Source: Candidatus Kaiserbacteria bacterium CG10_big_fil_rev_8_21_14_0_10_49_17
Lineage (GTDB): Bacteria; Patescibacteriota; Minisyncoccia; Phycocordibacterales; JABMNX01
Reading direction: 5' to 3'
DNA length: 55,426 bases
Assembly: GCA_002778575.1 (NCBI GenBank)
Contig: PFBJ01000006.1
Location: forward strand, 1-55,426
The stretch's first letter is position 1. Every line of letters begins with the position of its first letter. Both the position numbers and the translations under genes were made by a program. The notes under the pieces are model-generated. The model did no database searches. It was not told the DNA's origin and saw nothing but the letters and a program-made list of their open reading frames with translations. Of this stretch, positions 54,725 to 55,426 are shown piece after piece.

Positions 54725-54752
54725 AATCGACTTAAACCCGTATGAGTCGATT
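54725..54752. repeat. short palindromic repeat, copy G
   Basis: aatcgacttaaacccgtatgagtcgatt, lying 19 nt after the lepA stop. Confidence 0.6.
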
Positions 54753-54834
54753 CTGTACGGCACTGTCACAACTCTCCAGTATACTGGGGTACTGGGCTGC
54801 GGCACCTGCCTCGTAGCTCTTGCTCGTAAAATTG

Positions 54835-54906
54835 TGCTCTCGCCAAGAGTCGAACTTGGATCTAGGGTTTAGGAAACCCTTGTTCTATCCGTTGAACTAC
54901 GAGAGC
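54835..54906 (-). tRNA. tRNA-Arg (CCT)
   Basis: The reverse complement GCTCTCGTAGTTCAACGGATAGAACAAGGGTTTCCTAAACCCTAGATCCAAGTTCGACTCTTGGCGAGAGCA folds as a 72-nt cloverleaf with anticodon loop TTCCTAA. No encoded CCA. Confidence 0.9.
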
Positions 54907-54961
54907 AAGATGGTACTAGGGTCCAATTGAACTACTGGGACGTCTTAGAGACTCTAGCATA

Positions 54962-54992
54962 GCAAAAAACGACCGAATAGGTCGCTTTTTGC
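54962..54992 (-). terminator. hairpin terminator for the glutaredoxin-like gene
   Basis: gcaaaaaacgacc-gaata-ggtcgctttttgc, with a T-run on the minus strand. Confidence 0.6.
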
Positions 54993-55009
54993 GTGATAGG
55001 GATTCCTGT

Positions 55010-55246
55010 CTATACCCCGAGAGTTGCGGCGAGTTTGTCTTGATCAAAACCCACCATCATTTCATCGTCTACAAAGATGACCGGCACTGCCATTTGTCCG
55101 CTTTTCTCCATCATTTCTTGCCGTTTCTCCATATCCTCAGCGACATTATAGTCAGTGAATTCAATATTCTTCTCCTTGAGAAATTCTTTTGCGAGCTGGC
55201 AAAAATGGCACGTTGGTGTGCTGTAAATTGTAACTTTTTTATCCAT
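55010..55246 (-). CDS. glutaredoxin-like protein (NrdH/YruB-like)
   Basis: 78 aa with VTIYSTPTCHFCQLAKEFLKEKNIEFTDYNV. Confidence 0.85.
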   Translation of the reverse strand: MDKKVTIYSTPTCHFCQLAKEFLKEKNIEFTDYNVAEDMEKRQEMMEKSGQMAVPVIFVDDEMMVGFDQDKLAATLGV

Positions 55247-55342
55247 AAAAACTGTTTACATTCGTAAGGACACTTATTCTATCATATGCCTTAGGTCGGA
55301 GTCGACGTCAGGTTGCTAAGTTCACACGTTTGCTAGGCATCT

Positions 55343-55362
55343 CCCTGCCTGCCGGCAGGCAG
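55343..55362. repeat. perfect 20-bp palindrome CCTGCCTGCCGGCAGGCAGG (repeat copy H)
   Basis: Read directly. It is embedded in GC-rich non-coding sequence at the window end. Confidence 0.75.
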
Positions 55363-55426
55363 GCTGTCCGCCCCGTCCCAATTCGTTGCGAAGCGACGCG
55401 CCCGTTTGCTCTCCGCCGTGCCTGCG

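Noticed and set aside
54773-54784. 12-bp perfect palindrome CCAGTATACTGG carrying TATACT on both strands, downstream of lepA
   Set aside because: No gene starts within a suitable distance on either strand. It is possibly a stray promoter-like sequence, and I cannot support a function.
54806-54834. Sequence after tRNA-Arg (cctcgtagctcttgctcg) resembling shuffled pieces of the tRNA 5' end, considered as a possible att-site remnant
   Set aside because: The matching 7-mers are in permuted order and cannot form a simple duplicate or a single helix. No integrase or island lies adjacent.

Overview
This is a 55.4-kb bacterial chromosomal window read with the standard genetic code. Full-length proteins are obtained with TGA, TAA and TAG all acting as stops. 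I support about 65 protein genes, two tRNAs (Ser-GGA and Arg-CCT, neither with an encoded CCA) and an RNase P RNA. I found no rRNA, CRISPR array, transposase or integrase.

Gene content is housekeeping plus envelope functions: TypA/BipA, LepA, GroES/GroEL, SecG, RNase J, a DEAD-box helicase, DinB, Nth, a MutY-like glycosylase and a class II ribonucleotide reductase. It also includes MurJ, a Wzy-like/TPR membrane protein, SppA, HtpX, LemA, a sortase with an LPNTG substrate, and many small membrane-anchored orphans. The compact layout and the absence of respiratory or biosynthetic operons fit a small-genome, CPR/Patescibacteria-like bacterium. That placement is inference only.

One strong theme is thiol redox and oxidative-damage repair. 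It includes a TlpA-like thioredoxin, CcdA, a DipZ-like thioredoxin, VKOR, MsrA, MsrB, Bcp, a glutaredoxin-like protein, DoxX, two Nudix proteins and two HhH glycosylases.

The points most worth a second look are:
- a single-gene high-GC island encoding an orphan protein (18363..19394);
- a dispersed family of palindromic intergenic repeats built from AATCGAC..GTCGATT and CCTGCCTGCCGGCAGGCAGG modules;
- a 143-bp MITE-like GC-rich rod structure after groEL;
- a duplicated 24-bp perfect palindrome bracketing a TrpR/YerC-like regulator gene;
- a window-wide expression pattern of -10 boxes 5-9 nt from start codons (leaderless-type), stop-N-ATG gene junctions, and GGAGG ribosome-binding sites largely confined to orphan genes;
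- HhH glycosylases lacking the usual 4Fe-4S cysteines.

All family assignments come from reading motifs by eye. No database search or RNA folding was run.
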